Below, one piece after another: positions 1 to 14,567 of a stretch of DNA of 64,000 bases (position 1 is its first letter; every line of letters begins with the position of its first letter). A program made the translations under genes and the position numbers. This DNA comes from Antedon mediterranea (lineage: Eukaryota > Animalia > Echinodermata). The stretch covers positions 6,882,001-6,946,000 of the forward strand of contig NC_092680.1 of assembly GCF_964355755.1 (NCBI RefSeq), in the 5' to 3' direction. The notes beneath the pieces are model-generated. The model had not been told where the DNA came from. It did no database searches and saw only the letters and a list, made by a program, of their open reading frames with translations.

Positions 1-307
1 CAACTATAATATTATACAAAACGAAATCACATTTTCGTACACTCAGTGCCTACAGTAAATGCACGAGAATTGATGTGATTGAGTTTGTTTCGTATAATAG
101 TTAACTGGAAGGAAGAACCCATTTGACATTATTTTAGATAGCTAGTCCCCAAGGGGCACCAATAATTTAATAACTTTTGAGGACGAAACAAATTATTCGC
201 AACAAGGAAATACAAATTTCAAACAGCGAGTGGAATTCAAACGAAAACCGATTTAATCTCAATTTATAGTTGGCATTTTGCCTATTGATCAATTCGTATA
301 AATGCTA

Positions 308-367
308 AATGCGGGGAAATATAATGCGGGGAAATATAATGCGAGGAAATATAATGCGGGGAAATAT
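308..367. repeat. 15-bp tandem repeat (AATGCGGGGAAATAT) x4
   Basis: Four consecutive copies, one substitution in copy 3. Confidence 0.9.
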
Positions 368-1182
368 GACTGATCTCAGATACAGTCATAACAATTGTTT
401 TATTGTCCAATTACTTAAAGTAAAATCCTCCTTAAAGTCCACTATAGTAACACACAAAAAGCCCATTAATTTATAAAAACTAAAGATATATATTGTACCT
501 GAATAAAACTTATTTGTTGAAATGCTATTTTAATGTCAAATAAATGTACATACCCATCCCCCATACCATTGTTCTGGGAGAACATTTTACTGAAGAAGTT
601 ATCCAGTATAAAGAATAAATAAATTGTTATACCCACAGCGGCAATCAATTCCAAAACAAATTAACTGCGAAACAAACAAACATGGCGTATTAATCCACCT
701 AAAGTGTTTTTTTTTTCTTTTATTATTAAAACTATAGGCGTATTCATTCCATAATATTCATAACTTAACATATACAGTACATCTCTTTGTTAAGTTCTTA
801 ACACATTCACTTAGCGTATACATTTCTTAGCGTATTCATTTTCTTAAACATATTCATTTCTTAACATAATCATTTCTTAACACAATTCATATTTTTGTAT
901 ACATTTCTTAACACAATTCATATTAAAGAGTTTCTGTATAATATTTAGTTGATAATTTAATAACGCTATGCCCACCAAGACTGTAGTGTATATGAAGGTT
1001 GAAGTGGACAGAAACAGTCGGAATATGATTTGATTCATTTTAAAACTACGCTGGTGTTCTTACCGTGTCTTAACTCTATCTAAATCATAGAAACATCACG
1101 TTATCCGCCGAGTGACCAGTTCATGTTTTTATAATAATTTAATATCTTAGATTGTTAACGCCTACTGTTGTTAAATCTCTAA

Positions 1183-1295
1183 AGTTCTGTCTACACTATC
1201 AAACTACAGGTTGGCAAAAAAAGTGAGATGTTTTCAAATATATGGTAGTGACACAATGATCACTATCAAACTAGTTTGATAGTGTAGAAAGAGCT
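1183..1295. mobile_element. Harbinger-type MITE family A (TIR AGCTCTGTCTACACTATCAAACT), internally deleted copy
   Basis: agttctgtctacactatcaaact ... agtttgatagtgtagaaagagct terminal inverted repeats (TIRs); flanks TAA/TAT; same ends at 18731, 21557, 43032 and 49306. Confidence 0.8.
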
Positions 1296-1479
1296 TATAA
1301 GAAAGCTTTGAAAACGTTTTGTCGACAGACTTACATTCTTAATGTGGTCTAGAGAATTTCGAAGCGATGAAGACCGTCTTTATTCTAGCATGCACGAAAC
1401 GATTTTGTAAATTGGAACGAAGATGATCTAAACTCATGTTCGAGTCTTTCACAATTCACCTAGCGAACAGTAATACTTA

Positions 1480-1658
1480 AGCGTGGTTCCCACTAGCGAC
1501 GCAACACAAGGACGTAACGCAACGCAAGTGAATTGACCAATCACAAGCGATGTCTTATTCGCTTGTGATTGCTAACTGTCTATAACTTCGCTTGTCATTG
1601 GTTAAAACGCTTGCGTTGCGTTTACGTCCTTGCGTTACGTTCTAGTGGGAACCAAGCT
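1480..1658. mobile_element. PIF/Harbinger-type palindromic MITE
   Basis: TTA TSD on both sides (1477-1479, 1659-1661); TIR agc(g/t)tggttcccactag extending into a long imperfect inverted repeat (caaggacgtaacgcaacgcaag / cttgcgttgcgtttacgtccttg). Confidence 0.9.
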
Positions 1659-1671
1659 TTAAATAAATAAA

Positions 1672-2215
1672 ATCTCGGACGTGACGCTTTAACAAAATAC
1701 AAAATTGTATACGTATCGTACTTTTTAATTATTCAATATTTTGTGAAAAGTTATACGATGTAAAGTCACGAAACAGCCAGTATGCGCATGCGTCAATTTC
1801 GAATAGAGGCTTGATGACGTAAATTAAAGATTGTGGGGTTGTTTAGCATTTGATATATTACCGGTCTGTACTATTATAAAACAAGTATTAACAAGAAATT
1901 CAATAGTAAATTATCTTTTGGATGACATAAATAACCAATAAATATCTTTACATCTTCATTAGACAACATTAAAATGATTACATTTGTGATGTTGTTTTGG
2001 TTGAACCCCTTCTTCCACTTTTGAGTTATGAGCATGTTTTATACTGACCATGACCTACTGCTTCAAAACAAAGACAGATAACCTCAGAAATCATTAGCAT
2101 GAAATTACAAGTGTTAACATACGTGTTCCATTGGGTTATTAAAAGAAATAAAATGTCATAACAAGTTAGTTTGAGACCAAATGAAAAATAAAAATGTTAT
2201 TTTCACGTCCGAGAT
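1672..2215. mobile_element. Putative eroded TIR element
   Basis: 13-bp perfect inverted repeat ATCTCGGACGTGA (1672-1684) / TCACGTCCGAGAT (2203-2215); no clear TSD. Confidence 0.45.
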
Positions 2216-4683
2216 ACGTAAATTCTTTTCCTAAAGACCTTCTATGAAAATCTAAGAGATTGCAAGATATCTGATAATTGAACCTAATCCTCTGGATAAT
2301 GTCTCTCAACTATTAAACAAGAAGCCATAAGGTTGACAGATTTTGAACCGAGGGCCTAATCAACTGCTGAAGTTTATACCATTCAGCGAAACAACTAAAT
2401 TTAAGAAAATATCTGACATATATGTTAATATATCCTGCATTACATAATCGTTTTCCCAGATTTACTTTTTTCTATTTTGAACAATCGATTTTAACATTTA
2501 TCACTGCAATTTCTGAATATATTTTTTCCTGCATTTTTACGACTTTACGACGACTTTATTCAAACTCTTGTAAATCAGCTTGTGATGCTTATTGAGAGGA
2601 AAATTTGGAAAATAGTTAGTTAAAAAAGCTCAATATAAATCGGGAATATCTGTCGTCTCTGTGGTAAAATAAACGAAAAACAAATATGCAGTGACCTTCA
2701 ATAAAAATCAGAAATACAGCATTTCAAATAGTCATTGCATCATGTTATATTCCTCCTATTTAAATGATGAGAATAAAAACGACAATGCAATCGAGATTAT
2801 TGTATTTAATTGCATGTACAGTAGTTATAGCGCAATTTTGTTTGTATTAAAACATATTTTCTTAGATCCTAAGCGGCAAACAATGAGATAGAATTGAATC
2901 GATCAAGTTTTTAGCTAACGACTACCATGGGCTTTTAAACGCTAACGGGATGTAGAGAAGGATCAACCCGCGGATGTATCAAAGCGATGATGGTTACTAG
3001 GAGATGAAAGGGAAAGGTTTCACCTGCGTCGGTCGTTTCTAGTCAAATTCACCTTTCGTAACTCTTAGGTGAAATTCTCATGTGAAAGACAGATGTTCTA
3101 AGATAATAATCTCATGAAATGATACAATGTTCGTTAATGATTTCGAACCATAAAAAGGAACTGTCAAACTGAACGCTTATTTATTTTTCTTTACAAACAA
3201 ATAGGCCTACAGAATCTAAATAAATATATAAATACATTTCTGTTTTTACTTATATTTTGCTGTGAAACATTAACAGACTTTTTAATTTAATTGTTATGTA
3301 ATTCAAATCATAAATCTGTTTATGACTAAATGTTTAATCAGCATGTAATTTACTCTTCTCTCATTTGATTTTAGTCTATTACACTTAATAATGATTTCCC
3401 TTATTTTAACATCTAGAAAACTAATAGTGCTAAATGGAAAGATTTCAACAAGACCTAATATATAACATAAACATAACAATTAAAATAAATTATTTAAGAA
3501 CCAAATTTATTTGGGTTGTTTTCAAAGATAAATCTTCCTTGTAGAAAAAAAAAGAATTTTTAAAATAATAGTAATTATTATAATTAATTAGTATAGTTTT
3601 TTGTCTTTTTCATAATAATATTTGAATACCTTAGTAATTTGAGTTAGAATTATTACCTCATTATACCATACTTAATTAATGTGTATAACGATAGTGCATT
3701 TTCTGAAATATTTACACTACCAACAATAATTATAAAATGAGAGATTACAAGGAGATGTATAACAGGTAGACCTATTTTCATATAATGCTGTTGCATTGGT
3801 TTGAATTGTTGTGAATATAATATATTATTGTTTCATTAACTTTAGATATTCAATCGTGATTTCCAAATTGCCAGGCTTAGTAAACAAAATGAATGCACCA
3901 CGTTTGATTAGGTATATAAAAACAATCTTGACGTTTTGATCGTTCCATCAAGTTTGTTATCCGTTTTTATCCGATAATTGGCGAAGTTGCTTTTATACTA
4001 TTTATTTTATAAATTTCCTATATGCAAAGCACGTTCTGATTATCAGTTTTATTCGCATTATAATGATCTAAGCCCAATACGATAAGTAAAGCGATGGCTC
4101 TGGTCCCATGACAATGCGTTAATGACTCCCTGTACACGAACCGTTTCAGCATCGCTTCACATGTAAACTGCCAATTTTCTGATAAAATTGAACATTTTTG
4201 AAAAACAACTAACCTGTTTTCAGGAAGGGTTCAAAATCCCGTCCCATCGGAATTTCTGGTGGTTTAAAAAATCAATTTAACGCTACAAGCGAAAATTAGA
4301 TACTATCAAGCACTGTCAATCAATGATAATACCATATATCATCTCGATATATATTGTATAACCATCAATTATAATGCAATTTATCAAACGTTAATAACAT
4401 ATTCAATACATTATACATACGTCTTATATTCATTATTGTTGATGGCAATTGATTGTTGTTATTCGGTGTGTCACAAAATAAAAAAATTGATGATAATGGA
4501 CAGTTTATGGTAAGCTTGATCTCCTATTCCCAGTCCCCTATGTACATATGATTATATGCAAGGTTACGCACGACACAAGATCAACTGAATATTCACCCCT
4601 TCTGGAGAAATCACAACCCCTAGGTCAATCAGATATTGCAAATTATTATTAACTTAGCTTTTTAGTGAGTGGTCACCCTCTTA

Positions 4684-5086
4684 AGGCCCATTCACACTAG
4701 GACGATAACGATCGACGATAATAGACAATAATTTGCATTTTTCATACATAAAATAAAAGAAATATAAAACCTTTTCATTCTAAAACTATAGAATAACCAT
4801 TTATGCTTCCTTTGATGAAAATTATATTTTCACACGTCCAATCAAATGACGTCATGATTAGTAGTAAGAGCAATAATATCGTGACAATACAACGATTTTA
4901 TTGTTTTTATGTATCATGACGTCATTTGATTGGAATTTTAAAAATATTATTGTTATCAAAGACAGCATAAATGATTATCCTATAGTCCTAGAACGAAACC
5001 CTTTCTAATTTCTTTTGTTTTATGTTTAAAAAATTCATGCTTATATATTTATCGTCGATCGTTATCGTCCTAGTGTGAATGGGTCT
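4684..5086. mobile_element. PIF/Harbinger-type MITE, ~400 bp, near-palindromic
   Basis: 38-bp TIR aggcccattcacactaggacgataacgatcgacgataa (1 mismatch); TTA TSD on both sides; internal inverted segments (tccaatcaaatgacgtcatgat / atcatgacgtcatttgattgga). Confidence 0.92.
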
Positions 5087-5909
5087 TTATACCAAATGTA
5101 TCATGTAGTTGAACAAAATGAAAAAATACATCATGTTAAGAAAAAACATTAACAAAATTGATCTTAAAACTTCATGTGAGGTTACGGATTTGTAATAGGG
5201 ACAGAAAGAGAATTACAGAGTCTTGCTTCTTCAGCCTAAACAGAAAAAGTAAAGTATTTCCCATTTTAGATATTTCACAATGAAGTGGTTCATTTACCCC
5301 TACCCCTTAAAACGTGAAGAAAACTGGACTGTGGAAAGTCTCCTACTAGAGGATAAATATTAGTTATTATAATTTAATAGTTATCCCTGTATTATTTTGC
5401 ATGTCTCATTTCAATCCTTTACCATTTTACCATGTAAGGCTTTACGTAACAACCTCTAACAATTGATGTTGGTTGTTGTTGTTGTTGTTTGTCAATCTTA
5501 TGTATTCAGTATTCAGTATTTATTGGTACTCACTTTCAAATCAGTGGCACACACCTTTCGGTGGTGCGTCCATACAAATATAAACAACAACATATAAAAG
5601 GTAAAAGGTAAACTTACATAATTAACTTACATTGAAAAAAAAACAAAAACAAAAACAAATGTACAGTAGTAATTGCACACTTGAGTAGATACTTAAAAAC
5701 AATTGTATAACGAGCAAATCAATAAATCGATGCAATAGGTCAGTAGTAAATACACATTAGGGCCTACTTACAAAATGTCAGACAGAAAAAAAAAAAATAC
5801 TTAAACATAGTAGGCCTAAATAAAAAAAAACAACTAAAAAAAAAAAAAAAAAAATAGGATAGAAAATCCATCGTTTAGCAACAGTTTAGGCTAATTATTT
5901 TATATAATT

Positions 5910-6469
5910 ATTTGGTGCAGTGATTATCCTTCAAACATGGATAGATTCCTAAAACTCCAAAAACGTGTTGTTCGAATAATCAACCTAGCACCATTTGCCT
6001 CAACTTCTGAACCGTTGTTTAAAAAACTAAATATCTTAAAAGTAATAGATTTACATAGACAACAAATAATTACTTTTATGTTCCAATATGTTAAAGGTCA
6101 ACTTCCATTTTCCATAATTTCATTATTTAAAAAACCAAAGACTGTCCATAGTTATTATCTTAAGAACTCAAATTTACTTTATGTTCCTATTGTAGGTATA
6201 GCAAAAGCCAATTTTTTATTACAGTTCATGGACCTAAATTATGGAATAACTTAAAAGAGAATCTAAAAAAATGTGAAAATGCAAAAATATTCAGACATCA
6301 AATTAAGTATAACTATTTGAAAAATTATCATTCATAAATGTATTATTATTATGCCACTTTTACCTAATTTGTATACATTCTTATCAAAATTAATGAAATC
6401 TTTATTTGTTTATATTGTTTACATTGTTTAAGTTTTCATTAATTGAATAAATGTGAAATGAAATGAAAA
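5910..6469 (+). mobile_element. 5'-truncated L2/CR1-group LINE: ORF2 C-terminus, 3'UTR and tail
   Basis: IWCSDYPSNMDRFLKLQKRVVRII...SEPLFKKLNILKV..., then after a frameshift HGPKLWNNLKENLK...IFRHQIK; these match post-RT motifs of L2/Crack-type LINEs; ends in AATAAA plus (TGAAA)n. Confidence 0.85.
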
Positions 6470-9400
6470 CAATTAAGTAAATATCAAATTTAGTTCGTGA
6501 TCATAACCCAAGAAAAATAATAATTTAGTAAATGCAAATAATCATCTTATCTTGTGTGATTATTCATTTATGTTCGTCCATTTTAGTGCAGGGATTTAGT
6601 GATGATTTATGTTTTAATTATCTATTTTAACGTTACTAAAGTGTTTAATAGTTTAAGTGTTACTGTAGTTTTACTATAACTAGTATAGTTGATGATTTGC
6701 TGGTTAAGCAGAAAGAGGAAGTTCGCAAAGCTGGCCAAACATCCAATGTTTTTAATATGGCACCTAAAAATAGCTCATAATCAATAGGTATGCACATTAA
6801 AACCATTTCCTATAATCATAAAACAAATCGAAAATACGCTTGAAATTTGTCATTGCTTACATATAACAATAATGGGATAATGTTTACTTAGGTTGCTAGC
6901 AACAGGGAAAAGCATTATAAAAGGAAGCAATTGATGGAAATGGGCTTACAATTGAGTATAAAATAATAAAAAACCATTGGGGGCGCTAATTTCCATATAC
7001 TGTAATAAACGGTGTCTTCTCAACCTTTATGTTGTGAATCTACTTCCTGAGGTAGGAAGTTTATTTTCACACGCAAATTAATAAATATGCCTATTTGTAT
7101 CAGGTTGATTGTAATATAATTTAGATGGAATTATTCTTAATAAAAAAACCATTGTAGGCCTATTTGCTACATATATTCAGTGATTTTAGTCAGTTTAGTA
7201 AGTCAAGATTTCCAGGGTTTTCTCCAAAGCTTTTAGTAGGCCTGCTAATATATGCTTTTCTACCTTTAATGTCCTTTTGACTGATAGTAAGTTTAGGCAC
7301 TTTCTTCTTAAAAGATTTTCATCATTAGAAATACAAATAAAAAACTTTCAGAGAATCTGTAAAATTCGCCTTCAATAATTTAGTAAATGTTGTCATATCA
7401 TATTATTTATCTTTATTTATCTAGACATTTAGTGAGATCTGCACGGTATTATCACTAATAGGTCAAGTATACATTAAATATAAGTGGTGGTAAAACTCTT
7501 TCTACAATTCTGCAATTGCAAACTCTTTGACGGCGGTGGTTTGTATAGATTTTGCTGATCAATAACCAATGTTCCTAATTGACAGAAATGTTAAGCTTGT
7601 GAATCAATGAGCGAGTACTTACTAAAAAAAGGTCCAGAAAACCCATCGTGAGTAAACACTGCACTACTGTATGTAATTGACATTTTACTGTCATAAGAAC
7701 ACAAATGTCAAAGAATTGAGGACCTAGCGAATAGTTGTACTTTTAAGTACAACTATTTTCGATTTACACATTAAACTCGTGAGGCTTATTTTTGCCCATA
7801 TCCATTTCTTGCGTTTTTGAGACAGACTCCGCAGTATTATACATCTTTGTGGGTGGGTGAGTGGGGAGAACCACTCCCAAACACTAATTTTAAAATAAAT
7901 AAATTAACAATTTCAAATCATCTTAAAATATTGATAGCAATTTAAAAACAATTACCGTCATCGTTTGGTACGGTATTCAGTACAATCATTATAAATAATT
8001 ATTATATTATAAACCCTGTAAAATTAGAAAGGATACGTTATTATTTAATTACTAATTTAAGTCACCTTACGACTTCTAAAACCTATCTTGTAACTAGTTA
8101 GGAAGAAACATAACAAGATGCCCTTTTATCTGTTGCTAATAATTAATCTATAATTGTGTTGTATTGTGTTGCAGTCGAAATTAAATCGTTATATTGTTTG
8201 TTAACCGTAATTTCCATACGTATAATCGTACAAAAAAAATATTTTTTTAATAAGTAAGATGAGTAGCTTATTAACACAGTCATTCATTTTAGATAATAAA
8301 ATTCCGAGCAATATAAAACACATTTTGTTTAATTTTATAATGTGTATGAGAAACACGAAGTAGCTATATATCCACTTAATATAGTCTCAATAGCTGCTCG
8401 TCTCAATAGCTACCCGTCTGACAGTGACATCAAACAAAAAACACTACATTTCCTTTTTAAGTTGCAGCACCACAGACAAGAGTACATTAATAAAAGAACC
8501 GACAATATTTCAGACGTATCTTTAAAATTCAAATAAATTACGATGGACTTAGGAATGTCAAAATACATGTTATCTAAACTTTTAAATTCTATTCAATTTT
8601 CAATATTATGACATTGCGCAAATTAACTAATTAGACACTCGATCGGATTACATTACTATTACATACTGCGGTAGAGTTTTAAATCTTTCATGAAAAACTA
8701 GTCCTTTTTTAACTGCCAGGACATAGCTTTTATAGCATCAATCACATGCAAAGCAGCAATTCCGCAAACCCTGTGTCGCTCTCCACTTTAAGGTGGCTGG
8801 TCTCCCTCATTTTCAACGTTAAAACACAAACCCTTAAGCAGCAACTTATGACGTCATGTAATGTCATGAACATTAGACTCTGTTGGAGGAGGGAAACGTC
8901 TGCTTTTTTCTCCTTCTCGCGAATGTCCGGCGCCGTTGATTGAGATAATCAATAACATCAAGGATATTATCGTATACTAGCAACAGAAAACAAAAGCACA
9001 GATCGCTAATGATGTCAGCCCAATGAAACATATGTTCTTACTGCCAATGTTTGACCTGAAACATTCATTAATATATTTATTTGCGAAAATTTTATTGTAG
9101 GCCTAAGCACGTGTATGCGTTTTATTGATACGCTGCAATCACATGACAGAATACGCCAGTGAATTGTAACAGTTGCGAGGGAAATTAAATTTCACAACAT
9201 TGCACTGGCTTAAGAGGAAACCAAATAGCTGCATCATCATAATACGTAAATTATAGAATTCATTATATAATCTATTTTGGTACAATTGCCGCGCGGATGC
9301 TAATTAATCGATCAAATAAACTTAAGTATTTACGATATGACAATAATGGACGGAAGGACACATGAGAAAATAACAGTCAAACATTAGTATCTACAATAAC

Positions 9401-9912
9401 ATTATTTGCTCAGTTATCAGACGAATTCTGTGATACAGCGGCACATGTGGGCCAATGTAAAATCTGTATTATGGAATTATTTTCACCGTTGAGGCATGTA
9501 GGCCTACTTATAATAGTTAGGGTAAATATACAATGTCACATGTGACATTTACCCTCAAATGTGATATAGATACGACTCACGGAATTTTAAATCTGGACAA
9601 ATTGTATTGTACCGAAAATAAATGGCTAATATATGAATCATGAATGTTTTTTACGACATTAACTACAATTCAACTTACAATATCTACCACTTGAAAACCC
9701 TTTTATTTATCGTTCCAAATTTGATACATTCAAAGCTATAATTATTATATTTTCTAGAACCTTTCACGATGCCTTCAAAATAATAATAATAGGCCTAATT
9801 ACCTACAAATATTGCACTATTTTGAAGTAATATCAATATCGACGATAAATGCCTATCTAAAACTAATATTATCCTCCATAAAATAATTATAATTTAGTAA
9901 TATTGATCCTAT

Positions 9913-9930
9913 CATGGAGAAATCTCAATG
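9913..9930. mobile_element. Putative P-element excision footprint (CATGGAGA-type)
   Basis: ATCCTAT-[CATGGAGAAATCTCAATG]-ATCCTAT: 7-bp direct repeat around an 18-bp imperfect palindrome; same 5' end as 37424. Confidence 0.6.
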
Positions 9931-9956
9931 ATCCTATCTTTAAAACCTTTAAACTT

Positions 9957-10165
9957 GCTATGTAGTGCTTAGCGTGCTTTCCATTCAATCCAAAGGTCCA
10001 GGGTTCAATCCAGACCTAGCGTCAGGGATGTAAACTCATGATTGTCTCCCTAAATCTCAAATGATTTTATAAGCACGATATCGCATATGTACACTATATA
10101 ATCGGCTTACTTAGGCTTACTTGCTGTTGGATGTGTATGAAACATCAATAAATAAATCAAAATAA
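9957..10165 (+). mobile_element. tRNA-derived SINE (degenerate)
   Basis: B-box-like GGGTTCAATCC; 3' ctgttggatg motif shared with the minus-strand copy at ~32537-32712; A-rich tail. Confidence 0.55.
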
Positions 10166-12157
10166 ACGTACATGGTCATGTAAACTTACCTTTCGTGTAT
10201 CCTAACAATGTGGATTCAATGCACTGCTACTTGACTCTATTTCACATGAATGCTGTCTTCAAATCTGTAGACGTACACCGGACTACGTTGAAGACGAATA
10301 TGATGTTAGCAATACTACTGCACAGAGATATTAGTTAGTTGAAACAGTGTGTCAGTGTGTGCCCTCAGTGGCAGCCAATGTTTGAACGGTTTAGAGATCA
10401 CCTATCAGCAAGCAGCCTTCACACAGTCATGTGTCACGTTAACTTGCTTTATATTATCACTGTACAACATCGTTTTTATTGTCCGTAGACACATTAACGA
10501 TGTGTTTGTTGCTACACTATTATTTACCGATATATTTCTTGTAAAAGCCGTGTTGCACAATAAACGTCAATATAACAAGTAATTATGTTTGGGCTACCCT
10601 TTACTTCTAACTTTCTGTGAATTCATAATGTACAAGCATAGATAATCTCTAATGAAACCGCTAGATAATTTACTGGAAATTAATAAGTTAATGAGATGAT
10701 CTTTGAGAGTGAGAAAGATCCAGTGTGTTGCTATAAGTCGTAAACAACAACAAAAACTACAACATAGTTAACTTGAATTCTAATAATAAACTAACCTACT
10801 GTCAATGGAGCAACAATAATAATATATATACTACATTAACATGTATTTTGTTAATGTTGTTAGCAATTAATTGTTAATTATTAGTAAATTCAGGTTTGCG
10901 GTACACCATGTCTGTGTTGCTAAAATGAAGTTGACAATATTTCTTTTCGGGTGTGATGGTACGATTAATATATTTTAAGTTTTGTTTTTCTTTTGGACTA
11001 GTCTAGTCTATATTAGTAATATAAACATTTAAACATTAAAATATCATTGTTGCTATCATTAACGAACACTTTTACAGTATACATTATCACCACTGTTAGT
11101 AGAATGAAAATATGTAATCTTCTTTAAAGGAACAGCAAAATTGAGTCGTCTGATTATCTATCGACATGATACGAAACTTTATCACATGTGAATTGCGCCA
11201 ATTCTCGTCTCGCAGCAGGCAAAAGGAAAAACTAACACGGCGACAAGCTGAGAATGATAATTCGCGAAAGCCACCGCCGTGTAATGTTGACTGAAGTCTT
11301 GCCGTAACGACACTAAGTAGGCCTATGTATATATGCTCATCATCATGTTCAAACCTAAAGAGATACATTCATTCGAAGACCAGGCAATATACATAAAAGA
11401 CAGTCTAGCACTGTCTAGTTACATTGACGATAGGCCTACATACGCAGAATATCATTTTTGATAATTCGATGATATGGAAAAGCATTTTGTTTCTTCTAAT
11501 CCACACCTTTTGATGCTGACATGACGTGGAACTTTTATATTAGGCTTAAGACTGGTTCTATACTAGGCTGAAAATGGTTTCAAAAACCGTTATGACAAAA
11601 CAACATATATAAACCAAAGCCAACGGTTAAAGAGTGACGAGAAAAATAAAGTCATGGAAGTTTAAAGAGAAAATCTCGATTTTCTTCAGCTTTTGACTAT
11701 ACCCCTAATTACAAAATGATACACCCCCATCATAACAGATACACACTGGAATAATTTCCGACTATTCCTAAAGGCATGGCTATTAGAAAATGTGTCATCT
11801 GAACTGTAATGTGTTCAGTAAGTACCCAAGCAGTTAAAACTAGAACACCACCACGTCGGGTTTTTATGCATCACAAAGCTAATGGGAGATTTCGATTTTG
11901 TTAATGACCAGAAAGACGGACTTTGTCAAACGAGGATCACAAATCTTACAAATCCTTGCTAGATGTTATACTAATATTATTATGTATTATAAGAACTGTT
12001 GGTGTTGTTTCGAGTGCGACGCGACTAATAGTAACAATACAACATATGCATTTACATCACTTAACAGGCATGTCACTATAAAAACTATTTGAGGCATATA
12101 CTATGAATGCTATACATGGTACGTAAATGAATACAATAATATTGTATTCATTTCTTA

Positions 12158-12222
12158 ACGTTTTAATTGACTAGGCTAGATGGTATATATTATATACCAT
12201 CTAGCCTAGTCAATTAAAACGT
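12158..12222. repeat. Perfect 65-bp palindrome (32-bp arms, 1-nt spacer)
   Basis: ACGTTTTAATTGACTAGGCTAGATGGTATATA-T-TATATACCATCTAGCCTAGTCAATTAAAACGT; a second 29-bp palindrome lies at 12125-12153. Confidence 0.95.
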
Positions 12223-12541
12223 AAAGAGTTCTATTGCGTCGGCCTAACGATATGCTTTACAACGTCGAAGCTTATACATTTATTATATAGTGATATATAC
12301 ACCTACTGGAGACTTACAGGCCTAATAAGCCCTCGCCACTATAATCGAACATAAGACATCTGAATTAACCTAAAATAAATAGCTATTTATAGTCACTAGA
12401 CCACATAACGGGTATCATATGCAAAACTGCTTGTTGGTACCGATGTGACGCTTACATAAATAAATAATTAATTAACTCTTTTGCGCACATAATTTGCAAT
12501 GAAACTTGTACAGAATACACCTTACAAAAAGTCTTAATTCT

Positions 12542-12786
12542 TATCCGACCAGTTTATTCTAGTTTTCCTAATCCTAGTTTGCCGAACCCAGTTTGCCGAC
12601 TAGTCATGTAAACGAGTACAAGTAGGCCTAATGTAATAAACCTTTCATCTTACCTAAGATTGAAACGGTATTAATTACTATCCGACCAGTTTAGCCTAGT
12701 TTTCCGAATCCCAATTTGCCGAACCCAGTTTGCCGACTAGCCATGTAAACGCCTACTGTAATAAAACTCTTATCTTACCAAAGATT
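12542..12786. repeat. Diverged ~137-bp tandem duplication with internal (cagtttgccga) repeats
   Basis: tatccgaccagttta...tttgccgaacccagtttgccgactag...catgtaaacg occurs at 12542 and 12679. Confidence 0.8.
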
Positions 12787-14023
12787 TAAAAAAAAAACAC
12801 TGTACAATGATTTGAACTGTTGCCATTTAACAGACTTTCTTTAATATACGAAAACTTAATTATCACAGATTAAGACAAGGTCATGTATATGTATTTTTCA
12901 TCAATGTTTCCATAATGTAGTACTTAACTAATACATAGAAGTGGGACGAATAATGGATAATGTAATCATAGCAAAATGTAGAAATATCAATTTTCAATCC
13001 GAGGTTGCAACATTAACAAGTTCGTTAATTAATTTCGTTATGCACATTGAAGAAACTGGAATACCTTTTTGTAAGTTTAAACTATAAGTGACAGGACGTG
13101 ATTAGAAAAATATCACTCAAAGAGAAATGCCTTGGGGAAATCATTGAATATTATATTCATCCTTCAAGCTGGTTACGGTATACCATTCAGTATGTCCATA
13201 TTAATATTAACAAACATAGGCCTAACATTTTTATCATCAAAATGTTTATTCTTATTTCGTTTTACGATTATGAATATCATCTATTCAGGTAGTAATATAT
13301 CAAGTTGATAATAAATATGTTATCTATAAATTTATAATACATTATTATATCTTTTTAGTATTATATCGACGACCTATTTATTTAAAATAACATCAAACAT
13401 TAAAAAAACATGGCAGCATGCATGCTGCACGATGCTTTACCATTACAATTACATCAAAATATTACATTTCATTTAAAAATCCAATTAATATTTAGGATAG
13501 GACCGTGAAAGATGAATTAAATTTCAGAATTGTTAAATAATGTATCATTTTTTGAATTGTATATTTTAAATTATGGGTTTGTCGAGATTAGATTTCATGG
13601 AGGATTTGGTTTTTACCATATGAGTTTATGTACATAATGATATATGTCATTTTAATTTTCCATCGTTATTTGAGTGGTTTTATATATAGATGTATTAGGC
13701 CTACATTTAAATGTATTTGTTTTTGTTTTGTTTCGTTTTTTAAATAAGTTCTCCGATCGTTATAAAACATGTTTTGCATTTCAATTCTTAAGTTCTTCCC
13801 ATAAATGAAAGATTTATAAATACAGTATAATCTATGTAGTGTACAAGTATATTATGTGTTATATAGGGAACATTTGACAGCTGAACCAATCTCTTTTATT
13901 GCCATATACAATGATAAATATTTTTATATATCCACGCGTGAAGATTTGCACAAGGTCTTCGTAATTTTGCACGATTTAGTCGAATCGGTCTTACTTCGAA
14001 ATTTAGGTTACATTGCCTATAAT

Positions 14024-14073
<50 letters not shown>

Positions 14074-14405
14074 ACAATGTTAAGTCAAAGTGCAACTTGT
14101 CACTGAGGTGTTTATTTGATCATTTTATGAAAGTCGGATGTGTTCTGATAAAAAAAAATTTTTTTTTTTCATTTTCAAAAACAAAATGAATAGGCCACTA
14201 TGTAGTGTACAAGTATATTATGTGTTATATAGGGAACATTTGACAGCTGAACCAATCTCTTTTATTGCCATATACAATGATAAATATTTTTATATATCCA
14301 CGCGTGAAGATTTGCACAAGGTCTTCGTAATTTTGCACGATTTAGTCGAATCGGTCTTACTTCGAAATTTAGGTTACATTGCCTATAATCTTATATATAT
14401 ATATT

Positions 14406-14567
14406 TTTATGTAATTTTGTGACTTATATATGTTATCCTTTGTTACAATTCTTTTCACCTGATGATGGGCTATGCCCGAAACATGTCGTTAAAATAAATC
14501 TATATTGAGGCAGTTTTAACTTATTTGATCTTGATTTTTTTCTATATCCTGCCTATGCAGCTCTTTG

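Noticed and set aside
5937-6254. 105-aa ORF as a host gene
   Set aside because: It is a frameshifted C-terminal fragment of a LINE ORF2.
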